Source: an uncultured Methanoregulaceae archaeon (GTDB lineage Archaea > Halobacteriota > Methanomicrobia > Methanomicrobiales > Methanospirillaceae). From it: DNA of 64,000 nt. Below the pieces are notes generated by a model. It did not search any database. It was given only the letters and a program-made list of their open reading frames with translations, and was not told the DNA's origin. The DNA lies in the NCBI GenBank assembly GCA_963737635.1, contig CAVTTL010000001.1, forward strand, positions 1,632,001 to 1,696,000, read 5' to 3'. Both the position numbers and the translations under genes were made by a program. Shown piece by piece: positions 9,545 through 20,470 of the stretch (position 1 is the first letter of the stretch; each line of letters opens with the position of its first letter).

Positions 9545-11221
9545 GTGTCCGGAATCAGGCGATCCATGCGGAAAAAACCTGCAACATCAGTGGAAAGGTC
9601 AAAAAAAAATCAATGTTCGCGGTCAGAAGCCGACAATCAGTTCAGGTTTGCGAATACCTACAACCGCAGTCTTCTGGAGGCGAGCCTTGACCCTCTTGTC
9701 ACCATCAGCCCGGAAGGAACAATAAACGATGTAAATGAAGCTGCTGTGAGAGCAACCGGTTTTTCCCGGAAGGAACTCATTGGCACCGATTTTTCGGATT
9801 ATTTCACCGAGCCTGAGAAAGCAAAAGTGGGGTACGAGACGGTATTCCGGGACGGGTCAGTAACCGATTACGAACTCCAGATCCGACACCGGAACGGTAC
9901 CCTTACCCACGTTCTCTACAATGCATCAGTCTTCAAAGACAATGCCGGAAACATTGCCGGTGTCTTTGCGGCTGCCCGTGATATTACCGAACGCAAGAAA
10001 GCAGAAGAAGAGATCAAGCGGGCGAGCACATACAACCGAAGCCTTCTCGAAGCAAGTCTTGACCCTCTCGTCACCATCAGCCCGAATGGAACGATCAGCG
10101 ATGTAAATGAAGCGGCTGTGAGAGCAACCGGTTTTTCCCGGAAGGAACTCATCGGCACCGATTTTTCGAATTATTTCACCGAGCCTGAGAAAGCAAAGGC
10201 AGGGTACGAGACGGTATTCCGAGATGGCTCCGTAACCGACTACAGCCTTGAGATCCGGCACCGGAACGGGAAGATAACCCCCGTTTTGTACAATGCCACC
10301 GTCTACCGGGATGCACAGGGAAAGGTCACCGGAGTCTTTGCCGCCGCACGGGACATCACTGAGCGGAAACGCGCTGAAGACGCCCTGCTGAAAGCCTATA
10401 ACGAGCTGGACGACCGTGTCAAAGAGCGGACCATCGAACTGCAGGAAGCCAATGCCAGCCTTGAAAAGGAGATCGCGGAACGCAAGGCAACCGCTGATGA
10501 ACTCAGAAAGAAGAGCAAGGAACTCGAACGGTCAAACCTCGAACTCCAGCAGTTTGCCTATATCGCCTCCCACGATTTGCAGGAACCCTTAAGGGCGATC
10601 TCAGGCTTCACCGAGTTGCTGGAGAAGCGATATAAAGGCCAGATCGATGAACGGGCCGACAAGTACATTAAATTCATCGTCGACGGGACCAGGCAGATGA
10701 ACCAGGTCATCCATGACCTGCTGGCGTACTCACGAGTACAGACCAAAGCTCATGAGTTTGAATTCATCGACGTGAACCAGTCCCTTAAACAGGCACTGCT
10801 CAACCTCCAGACATCGATACGGGATGAAAATGCAGTCATCAGGACAGATACCCTCCCGAGCGTTTACGCCGACGGTATCCAGATCACCCAGCTTTTCCAG
10901 AACCTGATCGGCAATGCCCTCAAATTCCAGAAGCCAGGCAATCAGCCGGAGATCAGCATATCCGTGCACAAGTCCGGCGATATGTGGAAATTCTCGGTGA
11001 CGGACAACGGAATCGGTATCGACCCCCAGTATTCCGAACGGATCTTCAAAATCTTCCAGCGCCTGCATGCAAAAGGTGAGTACGAGGGGACCGGCATCGG
11101 ACTTGCAATCTGCAAGAGAATCGTCGAACGACACGGGGGAGAGATCATGGTCCGGTCAAAACCGGGCGCAGGTTCGACCTTCTCCTTTACCCTGCCTTCC
11201 AGAAAGGAGGAAAAACCATGA
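9545..11221 (+). CDS. PAS-PAS sensor histidine kinase
   Basis: Two near-identical PAS repeats (372-bp period), [27 protein letters not shown]. Confidence 0.92.
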   Translation: MSGIRRSMRKKPATSVERSKKNQCSRSEADNQFRFANTYNRSLLEASLDPLVTISPEGTINDVNEAAVRATGFSRKELIGTDFSDYFTEPEKAKVGYETVFRDGSVTDYELQIRHRNGTLTHVLYNASVFKDNAGNIAGVFAAARDITERKKAEEEIKRASTYNRSLLEASLDPLVTISPNGTISDVNEAAVRATGFSRKELIGTDFSNYFTEPEKAKAGYETVFRDGSVTDYSLEIRHRNGKITPVLYNATVYRDAQGKVTGVFAAARDITERKRAEDALLKAYNELDDRVKERTIELQEANASLEKEIAERKATADELRKKSKELERSNLELQQFAYIASHDLQEPLRAISGFTELLEKRYKGQIDERADKYIKFIVDGTRQMNQVIHDLLAYSRVQTKAHEFEFIDVNQSLKQALLNLQTSIRDENAVIRTDTLPSVYADGIQITQLFQNLIGNALKFQKPGNQPEISISVHKSGDMWKFSVTDNGIGIDPQYSERIFKIFQRLHAKGEYEGTGIGLAICKRIVERHGGEIMVRSKPGAGSTFSFTLPSRKEEKP

Positions 11222-11685
11222 ATGGATCAAGCGTATCATCGAATTTACTCCGCCCGGTAGAGATTCTGCTGGTCGAAGACAGCCCTGCTGATGTCGCATT
11301 GACGCAGGAGGCCCTGATGGACAGCAAACTGAAAAACAACCTGCACGTGGTGAGCGACGGCGAAGCCGCAATGACGTTCCTCAGGCGCTCCGGCACCTAT
11401 GCATCGGCACCACGACCGGATCTCATCCTTCTTGATCTCAACCTCCCCAAAAAGAACGGCCGGGAGGTACTCGCAGAGCTCAAGTCGGATCCCTCCCTTC
11501 GGCTCATCCCGGTCGTTATTATGACCGTATCACAGGATGAGCAGGACATCTTAGAATCGTACAAACTCAATGCGAACTGCTACATACGGAAACCGGTGAA
11601 CTTCGAAGAATTTATCCAGATTGTGAAATCTATCGAGCATTTCTGGTTCTCTATCGTAACCCTTCCACCCGCTCCAGGTACTTGA
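11218..11685 (+). CDS. single-domain response regulator (Rcp1-like)
   Basis: [30 protein letters not shown]. Confidence 0.92.
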   Translation: MNGSSVSSNLLRPVEILLVEDSPADVALTQEALMDSKLKNNLHVVSDGEAAMTFLRRSGTYASAPRPDLILLDLNLPKKNGREVLAELKSDPSLRLIPVVIMTVSQDEQDILESYKLNANCYIRKPVNFEEFIQIVKSIEHFWFSIVTLPPAPGT

Positions 11686-13466
11686 GAACGATGAAGATTC
11701 TGACCATCGAAGATAACCTTGCTGATGTTGAGATCCTCCGAGAGCTCCTGATCGACACTCATGTTTCATCGTGCGAACTGGTAAGCGCGCGAACCTTGGC
11801 TGAGGGCATGTCGCTTTTTGCCGGTGGAGATATTGACTTCGTTATTCTCGATCTTGGGTTGCCGGATAGCCAGGGAATCGATACCCTCCGTTCGGTCCGG
11901 ACCCGATTTCCCTTCCTGCCCATCGTAGTCCTCACCGGATTCGACGACGATGAGACCGGGATACTCGCTGTCCGTGAAGGAGCACAGGATTACCTCGTGA
12001 AGGGGCAGATTACCAGTCCCTCGCTCATGCGCTCCATCCGGTATGCACATGAGCGGAAGCGGACCGAGCAGGAACTCGTCCGGAAGAATAACGATCTCGA
12101 TATGATGAACGAGGAACTCCGGCAGAATCTCGACGAACTTACGAAAAAAGAACAGGAACTGCGGGAGAGCGAGGGCCAGTTGAAAAAAGGGAACGAAAAA
12201 CTTGCACTTCTTGCCGAATCTGCACAGGTTCTCCTCACAAGCGGAACGCCAGAACACATAGTCCAGACCATAAGCGAAAAGATCATGCAATACCTGGATT
12301 GCCAGGTGTTTTTCAACTACATCATCGAGGAAGGAAAAAAGAACATGCAGCTGAATGCCTATGCCGGAATCCCTGAGGCAACCGCACGGGAGATCCGGAG
12401 ACTCGATTTTGGCATCGCTGTATGCGGATGTGTGGCAAGGGACGAGGTACCTATCATCGCCGAAGATATCTCCCACACACCGGATGTACGTACCGATCTT
12501 GTCCATTCGTTTGGTATTACTGCCTATGCATGCCATCCGCTCATCTATCAGGGCCGCACTATCGGGACACTCTCCTTTGGTACATCCACCCGGCCGCGAT
12601 TTTCAGAAGAAGATATTGAGTTTATACGGGCAATCACCGATCTTGTTGCCACCGCCATGGCGCGAAAAAAAGTAGAACGGGAATTAATCCGGAAAAATGA
12701 AGATCTCAGCGCCGCCTATGAAAAAATCGCCTCAACGGGAGAGGAACTCCGGCAGAACGTTGAAGAACTCAGCCTCCGCGAGCGGGAACTGATCAAAAGC
12801 GAAGCTGATCTTAAGGAAGCCCTTTCAGAAAAAGAGGTTCTCCTATCCGAGATCCATCACCGGGTCAAGAACAACCTGACCGCGTTTATCTCGTTACTCA
12901 GCCTTGAAGGGTCCTATGAGGATTCTGAAGGAGGAAGGGCACTCCGGGAGGATCTCCAGAACCGGGCCCGGAGCATGGCTCTAATCCACGAGACCCTGTA
13001 CCGGACCGGGAAATTCTCTGAAGTGAATATGGAGGCCTACCTTACCCCCCTCGTCGGCCAGATTGCCGCCTCGTATACGAAAGATTCGAAAGTCCTGACG
13101 ATCGTTGATGCCCGAAGTATGGTTCTTGATCTCTCCCGGGCCACCACAGCAGGCCTGATCGTCAATGAACTGGTGACAAACTCGTTCAAATACGCATTCC
13201 CTCCGGAGTTCGATTGTATGGCGGTACGGGGTGGGCCTCCTACAATCCGGGTCTCATTTTCTCATAATGATGGGATTGACGTATTGTCTGTTGCTGATAA
13301 CGGACATGGATTACCTTTGGGATTCGATCCCTTTGCAACACAATCGCTCGGTCTCAAGCTGGTGAACTTCCTCGCCCGGCACCAGCTCCGGGCGGATATC
13401 GATATCCGGGAGGATAGAGGCACTGAGTTTATCTTCCGGCTGAAAAATGACGAAGGTAACGCGTGA
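11682..13466 (+). CDS. REC-GAF-HisKA_2 hybrid kinase
   Basis: N-terminal receiver (LDLGLPDS), GAF (CGCVARD), [21 protein letters not shown]. Confidence 0.9.
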   Translation: MRTMKILTIEDNLADVEILRELLIDTHVSSCELVSARTLAEGMSLFAGGDIDFVILDLGLPDSQGIDTLRSVRTRFPFLPIVVLTGFDDDETGILAVREGAQDYLVKGQITSPSLMRSIRYAHERKRTEQELVRKNNDLDMMNEELRQNLDELTKKEQELRESEGQLKKGNEKLALLAESAQVLLTSGTPEHIVQTISEKIMQYLDCQVFFNYIIEEGKKNMQLNAYAGIPEATAREIRRLDFGIAVCGCVARDEVPIIAEDISHTPDVRTDLVHSFGITAYACHPLIYQGRTIGTLSFGTSTRPRFSEEDIEFIRAITDLVATAMARKKVERELIRKNEDLSAAYEKIASTGEELRQNVEELSLRERELIKSEADLKEALSEKEVLLSEIHHRVKNNLTAFISLLSLEGSYEDSEGGRALREDLQNRARSMALIHETLYRTGKFSEVNMEAYLTPLVGQIAASYTKDSKVLTIVDARSMVLDLSRATTAGLIVNELVTNSFKYAFPPEFDCMAVRGGPPTIRVSFSHNDGIDVLSVADNGHGLPLGFDPFATQSLGLKLVNFLARHQLRADIDIREDRGTEFIFRLKNDEGNA

Positions 13467-13636
13467 CCGAGGAAATAATTCAGATTGGTTCTGATACGTT
13501 GGCGGTTGATTTGTCTTTTTTGCCGAGGTAAAAGATCAGCGATCAACTGCGAACGTATCGGGACCCCGCCGGTGAATAATCATCCCCTCTCAGGTATCGC
13601 TTCTCTTTAGGAGGATATTCCTGGTGTGGAGGGAGG

Positions 13637-14503
13637 TTAAGCATGCGTGTTTTTATCGACCAGTTCCCCAAAATCTATTGCCGTAGCACCTGATGTGCAC
13701 TCTTTCCCGTGGATCCGCACCACTTCGAGCATTTTCTTAAGCATAGCGGGATAGATAGCGCCCACAATCTCGAAGACTGGTTTTCCACCGCAAAAAATGT
13801 TGAATGTCGGTGTCTGCCTGATCCCGTAACGCTCGACAATCGGCATGTTTGTGAGCACATTGAGATGACCGAATAGTATCGTTTCATGAAAATCTCTGGC
13901 GTAGTTCACCACATAGGGCTCAATCTGTCGGCAGAAGGGACACGAGGGGGAATAGAACATAACTGCGACAGGCTTCGTTTGTTTTTCAACGATTTCCTCC
14001 CACGTGGCGTCCGTCAGTTCAACCAGAAGATCCTTCTCTTGCGGGATGTCCGGACTCTCCTGCTTTAACGGCTCTGTCATCATCGGTTCCGGGGCATTTC
14101 CGAATGTCGCATCGATCCACCGGGTGATCTCGTCCCTCACACGACGGAAACCGGCCCAGATTTCCTCATCTGTCCCGGTGAATGCAGCAGGATCTGAAAA
14201 ACCCTGGTGGATCTCTTCTTTTGCCCCCGGGAAAAAAGGGCATGCGGCCTTCGCGGAATCGCAGACCGTGACAACAATATCAATATCGGTGCCGTAGAAC
14301 TCATCGATGAGTTTCGATCGTTGCCCGGAGATATCGATCCCGATCTCTTTCATCACCGCAATTGCCTTCGGATGGACCTGACCTTTTTCTGTCCCACCAC
14401 TGAATACATCGTACCGGTCACCATACTTCGCCTTCATATACCCCTCCGCCATCTGGGAACGGATGGCATTATGGGTGCAGATAAACAGGATCTTCTTTTT
14501 CAT
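13637..14503 (-). CDS. arsC: arsenate reductase (LMW-PTP type) fused to thioredoxin-like domain
   Basis: FICTHNAIRSQMAEG, TVCD..CPFFP, DP; C-terminal CPFC thioredoxin fold. Confidence 0.88.
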   Translation of the reverse strand: MKKKILFICTHNAIRSQMAEGYMKAKYGDRYDVFSGGTEKGQVHPKAIAVMKEIGIDISGQRSKLIDEFYGTDIDIVVTVCDSAKAACPFFPGAKEEIHQGFSDPAAFTGTDEEIWAGFRRVRDEITRWIDATFGNAPEPMMTEPLKQESPDIPQEKDLLVELTDATWEEIVEKQTKPVAVMFYSPSCPFCRQIEPYVVNYARDFHETILFGHLNVLTNMPIVERYGIRQTPTFNIFCGGKPVFEIVGAIYPAMLKKMLEVVRIHGKECTSGATAIDFGELVDKNTHA

Positions 14504-14521
14504 AATGGGACAATCTCCTCC

Positions 14522-15600
14522 TCATCGCAGAGATGGGCTGCATGCATTATCACTGTTTCCACTATACCATTTCGTTTTCAGCCACAACGCAACGTTCACG
14601 AGCCCGATAAGCACTGGTACTTCCACGAGCGGCCCGATCACTGTCGCAAATGCTGCCGGGGATGCGATACCAAAGACCGCGATAGCAACTGCGATCGCGA
14701 GCTCGAAATTATTAGAAGCGGCTGTAAACGAAAGCGTAGCTGACTTCTGATAATCGACACCGAGACGGTGGGCCATCCAGAAACTTGCAAAGAACATAAT
14801 CACGAAGTAACAGAGAAGCGGGATCGCAACCCGCACAACGTCGAATGGTACGTTGATGATATACCCACCCTTGAGGGAGAACATCACAATGATCGTAAAG
14901 AGCAGGGCAATGAGCGTGATAGGGGAAATCTTCGGGATAAAAACCTGTTCGTACCACGCCTTTGATTTCAACCTGAGAAGGGCGTATCGGGTGATCATGC
15001 CGGCGAGGAACGGGAAGCCGAGGTAAACAAAGACGCTTTCGGCAATCTGGACTATTGTTATAGAAACTGCCGAACCAGCCCCGATGCCTAGAATTGGCGG
15101 CAGAAACGTGATGAAGAACCATGCGTAGACCGAGTAGAAGAAAACCTGAAAGATCGAGTTCAGGCCCACAATCGCGGCGCAGTATTCACAGTCTCCAAGT
15201 GCGAGATCGTTCCAGACAATTACCATCGCGATGCACCGGGCAATACCGACCATAATCAGGCCGTACATGAGAAATGGCTGATCGCGGAGGAAGATGACGG
15301 CAAGGATAAACATCAACACTGGCCCGACGACCCAGTTCTGGACGAGCGAGAGTCCAAGAACCTTTGTGTCCCGGAATACTGTGTGCAGTTCCTCGTACCG
15401 CACTTTTGCCAGTGGCGGGTACATCATCAGGATCAGGCCGATAGCGATCGGTATCGACGTGGTCCCAACCGAAAGGCCGGTGATAAGGACCGGTACCCGG
15501 GGGAGAAATAGCCGATGGCAATCCCCACTGCCATGGCAAGGAAGATCCACAGCGTTAAGTATCGGTCGATTACAGAAAGGCGTTTGACTGGTTTATCCAT
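14522..15600 (-). CDS. acr3: arsenite efflux transporter Acr3, frameshift near 15500
   Basis: [23 protein letters not shown] from ATG 15600; [38 protein letters not shown]. Confidence 0.92.
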
Positions 15601-15609
15601 CGGCACCAC

Positions 15610-16053
15610 TCAAAGGATTTTTTCCAGAATATCCGCGGCATCCCGTACAAGTTCCGGACATTTCGTTACAAACAATTTCTTAGCGCGTGCCTGTGCAAAT
15701 TCTTCCGGGTTACTCAAGTTATACCCAAGCAGCTCCGAACAGTTAATCGAGCCGTTCTTCCGGGTAAATTCCTGGATAAATTGCTGCACGAGCGCGTAGG
15801 TTTTATCCCGGGCAGCATTGTCTTTTGGTGTCACTTTGCCGTATTTGAGCCCGATGACCATAATCGCCCCGGAGACCGCACCGCAGATATTTCCTGATCG
15901 CGAGACCCCGGCACCAAATCCGCAGGATATCTTGTAGGCCGTAGTCTTGTCCAGACCCAGTTCTTCAGCGAAACTGCTCAGTACTGCCGACGAACAGGAA
16001 AACCCACTGATAAATGAGGCATATGCCGCATCTGCTTTTGAGATTGCAGTCAT
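15610..16053 (-). CDS. C-GCAxxG-C-C family putative redox protein
   Basis: GFSCSSAV, CGFGAG, ICGAVSG, NCSEL, KCPELV; ATGA-coupled to hgcB. Confidence 0.85.
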   Translation of the reverse strand: MTAISKADAAYASFISGFSCSSAVLSSFAEELGLDKTTAYKISCGFGAGVSRSGNICGAVSGAIMVIGLKYGKVTPKDNAARDKTYALVQQFIQEFTRKNGSINCSELLGYNLSNPEEFAQARAKKLFVTKCPELVRDAADILEKIL

Positions 16054-16409
16054 TTTCGATCGCACTCTTGGTTATCTGACCCGCACGAACACGGGTCTTC
16101 TTTGGTCTGACCGCAGCAGGAATGCTCCGGGCCCCCGCAGCTGCACTCGCCGCTGTCCATATCTTTTCCCCGGAGTGCCGCGTTTATCATGGCCCAGGCG
16201 CACCCCACACCGCTCTGGACTTCGATTGCCTGCACCGGGCAGTTGAGCGCACATGCACCGCACTCCATGCATCCTGATGACCGGGCGAGTTCGGCCCGGT
16301 GTTCCCCTTCGACAAATACACCGTGGGGGCAGACCTGCGTGCAGCGCCGGCAATTGATACACCGTTCCGGGAAATACCGGAGCGTGTTCCCGGTATAGGC
16401 GTCAAACAT
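16050..16409 (-). CDS. hgcB: mercury methylation ferredoxin HgcB
   Basis: Two CxxCxxCxxxC motifs incl. CMECGAC, GVGCA, Cys-rich tail; TGATG-coupled to hgcA. Confidence 0.93.
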   Translation of the reverse strand: MFDAYTGNTLRYFPERCINCRRCTQVCPHGVFVEGEHRAELARSSGCMECGACALNCPVQAIEVQSGVGCAWAMINAALRGKDMDSGECSCGGPEHSCCGQTKEDPCSCGSDNQECDRK

Positions 16410-17401
16410 CAGGCCACCCCCATAAGACGGAGGACACCCAGCATAATCCCAAGGACGGTCCCGGCCCCGGCCATCAGCACCATCACCGGCACGTACCGGA
16501 AGATCTCCTTTTTCACGCCAGTCCGGGAGGTGAACGTGGTCGAGCCCGTAAAGTTAAGGGCGAGGTATGCCGTTACGGCTGGCATAACGAGAAGCGGTAC
16601 AAGAACAGCGATGACCTGTCCGATGCCGGACACTCCGGGGGCGAGCGCAAAGAATGCTGCAAAGGGGATTGCGACGATTAAACCGAGGATGATGCCTTTT
16701 GTGGAAAAATCCCGGGTCGGGATACCAGGCAGCAGGGCCGGGAAGAGAACGGTCCCCGCGAGGACTGCGGTGATCGCAGCAAGCGCGGCCACCGGCCCGG
16801 CAAGGACGTACAGCGCCACTGCCGCTACCATCGTGGGCAGGAGAACATGAACCAGTTCCACGGGTGCAAGAACAAGCCGGTCGGTAAGCGCAAACCTGAC
16901 GGTCCGCATCTCCCGCGTTGCTGTGTGCGCAACAAGATAAGCCGGGAGGTCCCTGGCCCGGACCGGGCCGTACTCGACCGAGAACCCGGACCGGTGTAAT
17001 ACCTCGTGTGCAGCGACACCTGGCGCCCCGAGCTGGGGAAGGATGATCCTGCGGTGCGAGACAATGCCGGAGAGCCCGGTCACTTCAATCCGCCGGACCA
17101 GTTCATCGGTTCCGAAGGTACCTTTGCCCGCAGCGCACCAGACGTTGATTCCTTTGGTATCCAGCACGAGGATATACGCTTCGACGCTGGTAAGTGCTGA
17201 ACGGAGCGCATCAAAGCTCAGCGTGTAATTCGCTGACGCGAAGACCGGTGAATCTGCTGTCGGGTTACCAAGCCGGTACAAGCCCGGGGTGACGATATGG
17301 CCTGTACGGTTGATTCCCCACCGGGCAAGAAAATGATCCCACCGGTTTTCGAAGGTGATAACATCAGTGGTGGTACGGATGACTGATTCCTGTTCTGCCA
17401 T
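16409..17401 (-). CDS. hgcA: mercury methylation corrinoid protein HgcA
   Basis: Cap helix GINVWCAAGKGTFG, PGLY, ANYTLSFD, LPQLGA, C-terminal TM domain with FTGSTTFTS; start 17401 or 17416. Confidence 0.96.
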   Translation of the reverse strand: MAEQESVIRTTTDVITFENRWDHFLARWGINRTGHIVTPGLYRLGNPTADSPVFASANYTLSFDALRSALTSVEAYILVLDTKGINVWCAAGKGTFGTDELVRRIEVTGLSGIVSHRRIILPQLGAPGVAAHEVLHRSGFSVEYGPVRARDLPAYLVAHTATREMRTVRFALTDRLVLAPVELVHVLLPTMVAAVALYVLAGPVAALAAITAVLAGTVLFPALLPGIPTRDFSTKGIILGLIVAIPFAAFFALAPGVSGIGQVIAVLVPLLVMPAVTAYLALNFTGSTTFTSRTGVKKEIFRYVPVMVLMAGAGTVLGIMLGVLRLMGVA

Positions 17402-17414
17402 GGTATTTCCTATC

Positions 17415-17485
17415 ATTTCAAATTTTGTTGAAATATCTGGGCCGGTGAAACGTATATACGTTGGCATTTCATATTATTTTGAAAT
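17415..17485. promoter_or_regulatory. divergent hgcA/arsR promoter: two ATTTCA-N8-TGAAAT operators flanking a palindromic TATA
   Basis: Operators at 17415-17434 and 17466-17485; perfect palindrome AACGTATATACGTT at 17449-17462. Confidence 0.75.
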
Positions 17486-17869
17486 GAAACTATCTGATCG
17501 TTCCTGTTGCGGCTTGAAAAGTCCCGGAACCAAAAAAAAGCAGCCCCGAAACCCGATGTCGGCCTTGATGCCATCGATCGTCTGGGAGGTGTTGACGTTC
17601 TTTCCCGGCAGATTCCAGAAGAAAAGGATCTTGTTGAGCAGGCTAAAAGATACCATGCCCTTTCCGATCCCCTCCGGCTCACGATCCTTTATCTCCTCAA
17701 CGACCAGTCCCTCTGTGTCTGTGTCATCAACCGGTTCATGCGGATCGCCGATTCAAAACTTTCGTATCATCTTTCCGTTCTCAAGGAAGGCGGGCTTATC
17801 GAAGGGGAGTGCCGGGGGAACTGGATCTACTATTCACTGACAGATACGGGTCGGCAATATATCCGGTAG
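17484..17869 (+). CDS. arsR: ArsR/SmtB family regulator, possible N-terminal frameshift
   Basis: ALSDPLRLTIL, LCVCVI, SKLSYHLSVLKEGGLI, GNWIYYSLT; likely leaderless ATG 17484 (MKLSDRSCCG) in another frame. Confidence 0.88.
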
Positions 17870-17952
17870 GAATGACCTGAAAAACGCGGAAAGGTATTTT
17901 TCCGGAATATTTTCGATACGAGGATTAAGAATCGTTGTTACGCTGCCGCTTG

Positions 17953-18522
17953 TTACTCGGAACTGATACCCATCTGCTCGCGGACTTCATCGATGTGGAG
18001 AACCATGTCGAATGCAGGACCGGTCAGGCAGTATCCCTGGCGATCAATAGCATATACCGGGAATTTTACCAGTTCCGGGGGCACCGGCTGTGAGGTCAGT
18101 TTCTTGAAATTGATAAGATCCCGCATGTTGAGCCCGATTTTATCGCAGATCTCCTTGAGTTCTGCAATCCAGCGCTTGAGATCCCGTACATCGGCCCCAT
18201 CCCATTTGAAGATCTGGTAAATTTTCATATAGGCATCCCGCTCGAGGATGATATGGGTGGAGGTCTTATCGGATTTGAGATAAAAGTCAAGAAACGTACG
18301 TACGTCCTTTAAAATCTGTGCATTTTCGTACGCTACTGCTCTGCATTCCTTGATTGATTCACTGAGGTCGCCGGCGTCTTTGGTCTCTCCCAGTTTTGCA
18401 ATCTCAAGGGAAAGCTCTTTGAGATTTTCCTCAACGTCCTTGAGTTCATTTATCATATCTTCGAATTTCTGGTTAAGCTCCACGCCGAAAAAAGCCTCCA
18501 TGTATTCGGAATGCTTCACCAT
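17953..18522 (-). CDS. hypothetical coiled-coil protein
   Basis: Long ORF with natural composition; start chosen at MVKHSEY. Confidence 0.65.
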   Translation of the reverse strand: MVKHSEYMEAFFGVELNQKFEDMINELKDVEENLKELSLEIAKLGETKDAGDLSESIKECRAVAYENAQILKDVRTFLDFYLKSDKTSTHIILERDAYMKIYQIFKWDGADVRDLKRWIAELKEICDKIGLNMRDLINFKKLTSQPVPPELVKFPVYAIDRQGYCLTGPAFDMVLHIDEVREQMGISSE

Positions 18523-18624
18523 GGTACATACTTCGTCACGGAGTGTAATAATCATTTGTACTTTACCTGTTTTGGGCACAGTAGTAACCTCTATCCGTTG
18601 CTGCGTCGTAGCACTAGTTCAGTT

Positions 18625-19501
18625 ATGCCACAGAGAAGAGCTCAGATCGATCAGTCACTCTACACCAAGGGCGGGATTATCACGGAATGTGATCCTGACT
18701 TCTGTATCGTCCGGCTCCGCATGCCGGCCGGTATGATCACCCCTGCCCAGATGCAGGGGCTTGGGGAGATTGCCCATCGTTACGGGGTAAAAGATCTCCA
18801 TCTTACCACCCGGCAGACGGTGGAGTTACCTCACGTGGATCCGCGGATGCTCGAGGAGCTGGTAAAGGACCTGGAAAAGAATGGTACACCCTTGGGCGCT
18901 GAACGCGAGGAAGTCGTCAACGTAACCGCGTGCCTGGGGACGAGGCATTGCAAATTCGGCATCATCGACAGTGTGGGTCTGGCCCAGGAGATCGACAAAC
19001 GTTTTTTCGGCAGGGAACTGCCGGTAAAAGTGAGAATTGCCATTTCGTCCTGTCCTAACGGCTGCGAGAGCGAGCGCCTCAACGAGATCGGTATTACCGG
19101 CACGCGGCGCCCGGTCCGGGATCCCGGCCTCTGTACCGGCTGTGGAACCTGTACCCATTACTGCCGGGAGAAGGCAATCGAAGTCACCGATGGTATCGTT
19201 GTTCTCCACAAGGATCTCTGCATGGAATGCGGTTTCTGCATCCTTCCCTGCCCGTTCAAGTCTGATATCTGCCGAAGATCCGGAGTACCGGATAACCTTA
19301 GGCGGTCGCCGGGGCAGGCACCCGAAAGTTGGGCGTTATCTGATCACGGTTAAGACACAGGATGATGCGATCCGGGTCGTGGACAGGATTATCTATTGGA
19401 TCTACCGCCAGGCATCGAGTGGGGCGATGCTTCCCGAGCAGCTCGACGATCTTGAGTTTGACGAGTTCAAGAAGACCATTTCGAAAATGCTTGAAGGGTA
19501 A
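18625..19501 (+). CDS. sulfite/nitrite reductase-like 4Fe-4S/siroheme protein with ferredoxin domain, frameshift near 19262
   Basis: RLRMPAG, HLTTRQ, ACLGTRHCKFG, SSCPNGC, two CxxCxxC; GGRRGRHP continues in ORF 19037-19501. Confidence 0.82.
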
Positions 19502-19593
19502 ATACCGTCTCTCTTTTTGCAGATCCGGCATACCTTTATCTTCCTGTGGGCAAAACGGTCGGCAACCACAACTAACCCGGTTGTGCGTGGAGT

Positions 19594-19830
19594 TTGTGTG
19601 CAATGAGTATTGTCTGGGACAGATTTGTTTCGAACGGGATCCGGGAACTGGGGTACGATATCGAGAGTAAGCAGCTGATTGTGGTCTTACCGGGTGGGGT
19701 AAGAAGGTATTATGCGCCGGTACTCTATGAGGTATACAGTGCCATCCGGCATGCAACATTCCCTGAGCGGCTGTACCGGGAGACCATCGAAGGGAAGGTC
19801 CCCCGCATAGAAGTGGCAGGATACCAGTAA
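19594..19830 (+). CDS. KTSC domain protein
   Basis: VSNGIRELGYDIESKQL...RYYAPV..EVY pattern. Confidence 0.65.
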   Translation: MCAMSIVWDRFVSNGIRELGYDIESKQLIVVLPGGVRRYYAPVLYEVYSAIRHATFPERLYRETIEGKVPRIEVAGYQ

Positions 19831-19949
19831 GGCAGGAACGATAGCCCCTGGCACCGCCCGTATTAACTATAGCAATAGTGAACGAAGGCGGGTAACGGGA
19901 TCGAATGCACTTCAATCATGAGAAAAAAGGGATGCAGATAACTGCTACT

Positions 19950-20216
19950 TTAGTAGCTGATCGTCCGCATAGCGGTAAGGGTGTCGGGGACAACCTTCCG
20001 GTAGTATGACTTGGGGTACCCGCAGGTCGGGCATCTCCAGTCGGCCGGGAGGGCGGAGAAGTCCGTGCCGGCCTTGATCGGCTGGGCTGCCATGACCTTG
20101 CCCTCATACTCTTCCAGTCTGTCCGTGTTGACCAGAATCGTGTTGTTGAATGCCTTTGTCTCTCCGACTGCCGGGTCATAGATATGACCGCACATCATGC
20201 ACCTGTATTTGTCCAT
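19950..20216 (-). CDS. rubredoxin with insertion
   Basis: YRCMMCGHIYDP ... GTDFSALPADWRCPTCG. Confidence 0.88.
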   Translation of the reverse strand: MDKYRCMMCGHIYDPAVGETKAFNNTILVNTDRLEEYEGKVMAAQPIKAGTDFSALPADWRCPTCGYPKSYYRKVVPDTLTAMRTISY

Positions 20217-20470
20217 TGGAACAGCCTCGAAATGATATATTTCTATATAGGAATTTACGCCTTATTAGCATTATTGTATTTGATCCCTTTTTTAAATGGT
20301 ACCCGGGGAGAGTGGCGCAAGGCTCGGCTCGAAAAAAAAGGCGCAAACAAAGCCATTAAGGCACGCCGGTAAGAGGTATGTAGGCAGGCGGTTGCTGCAA
20401 TTTCGTGAGGTGGCTGATCGTGCGTATTCTTAAGTCGGTGCAATCGAAGGTCTGCGTGGATGGTTCGCTG

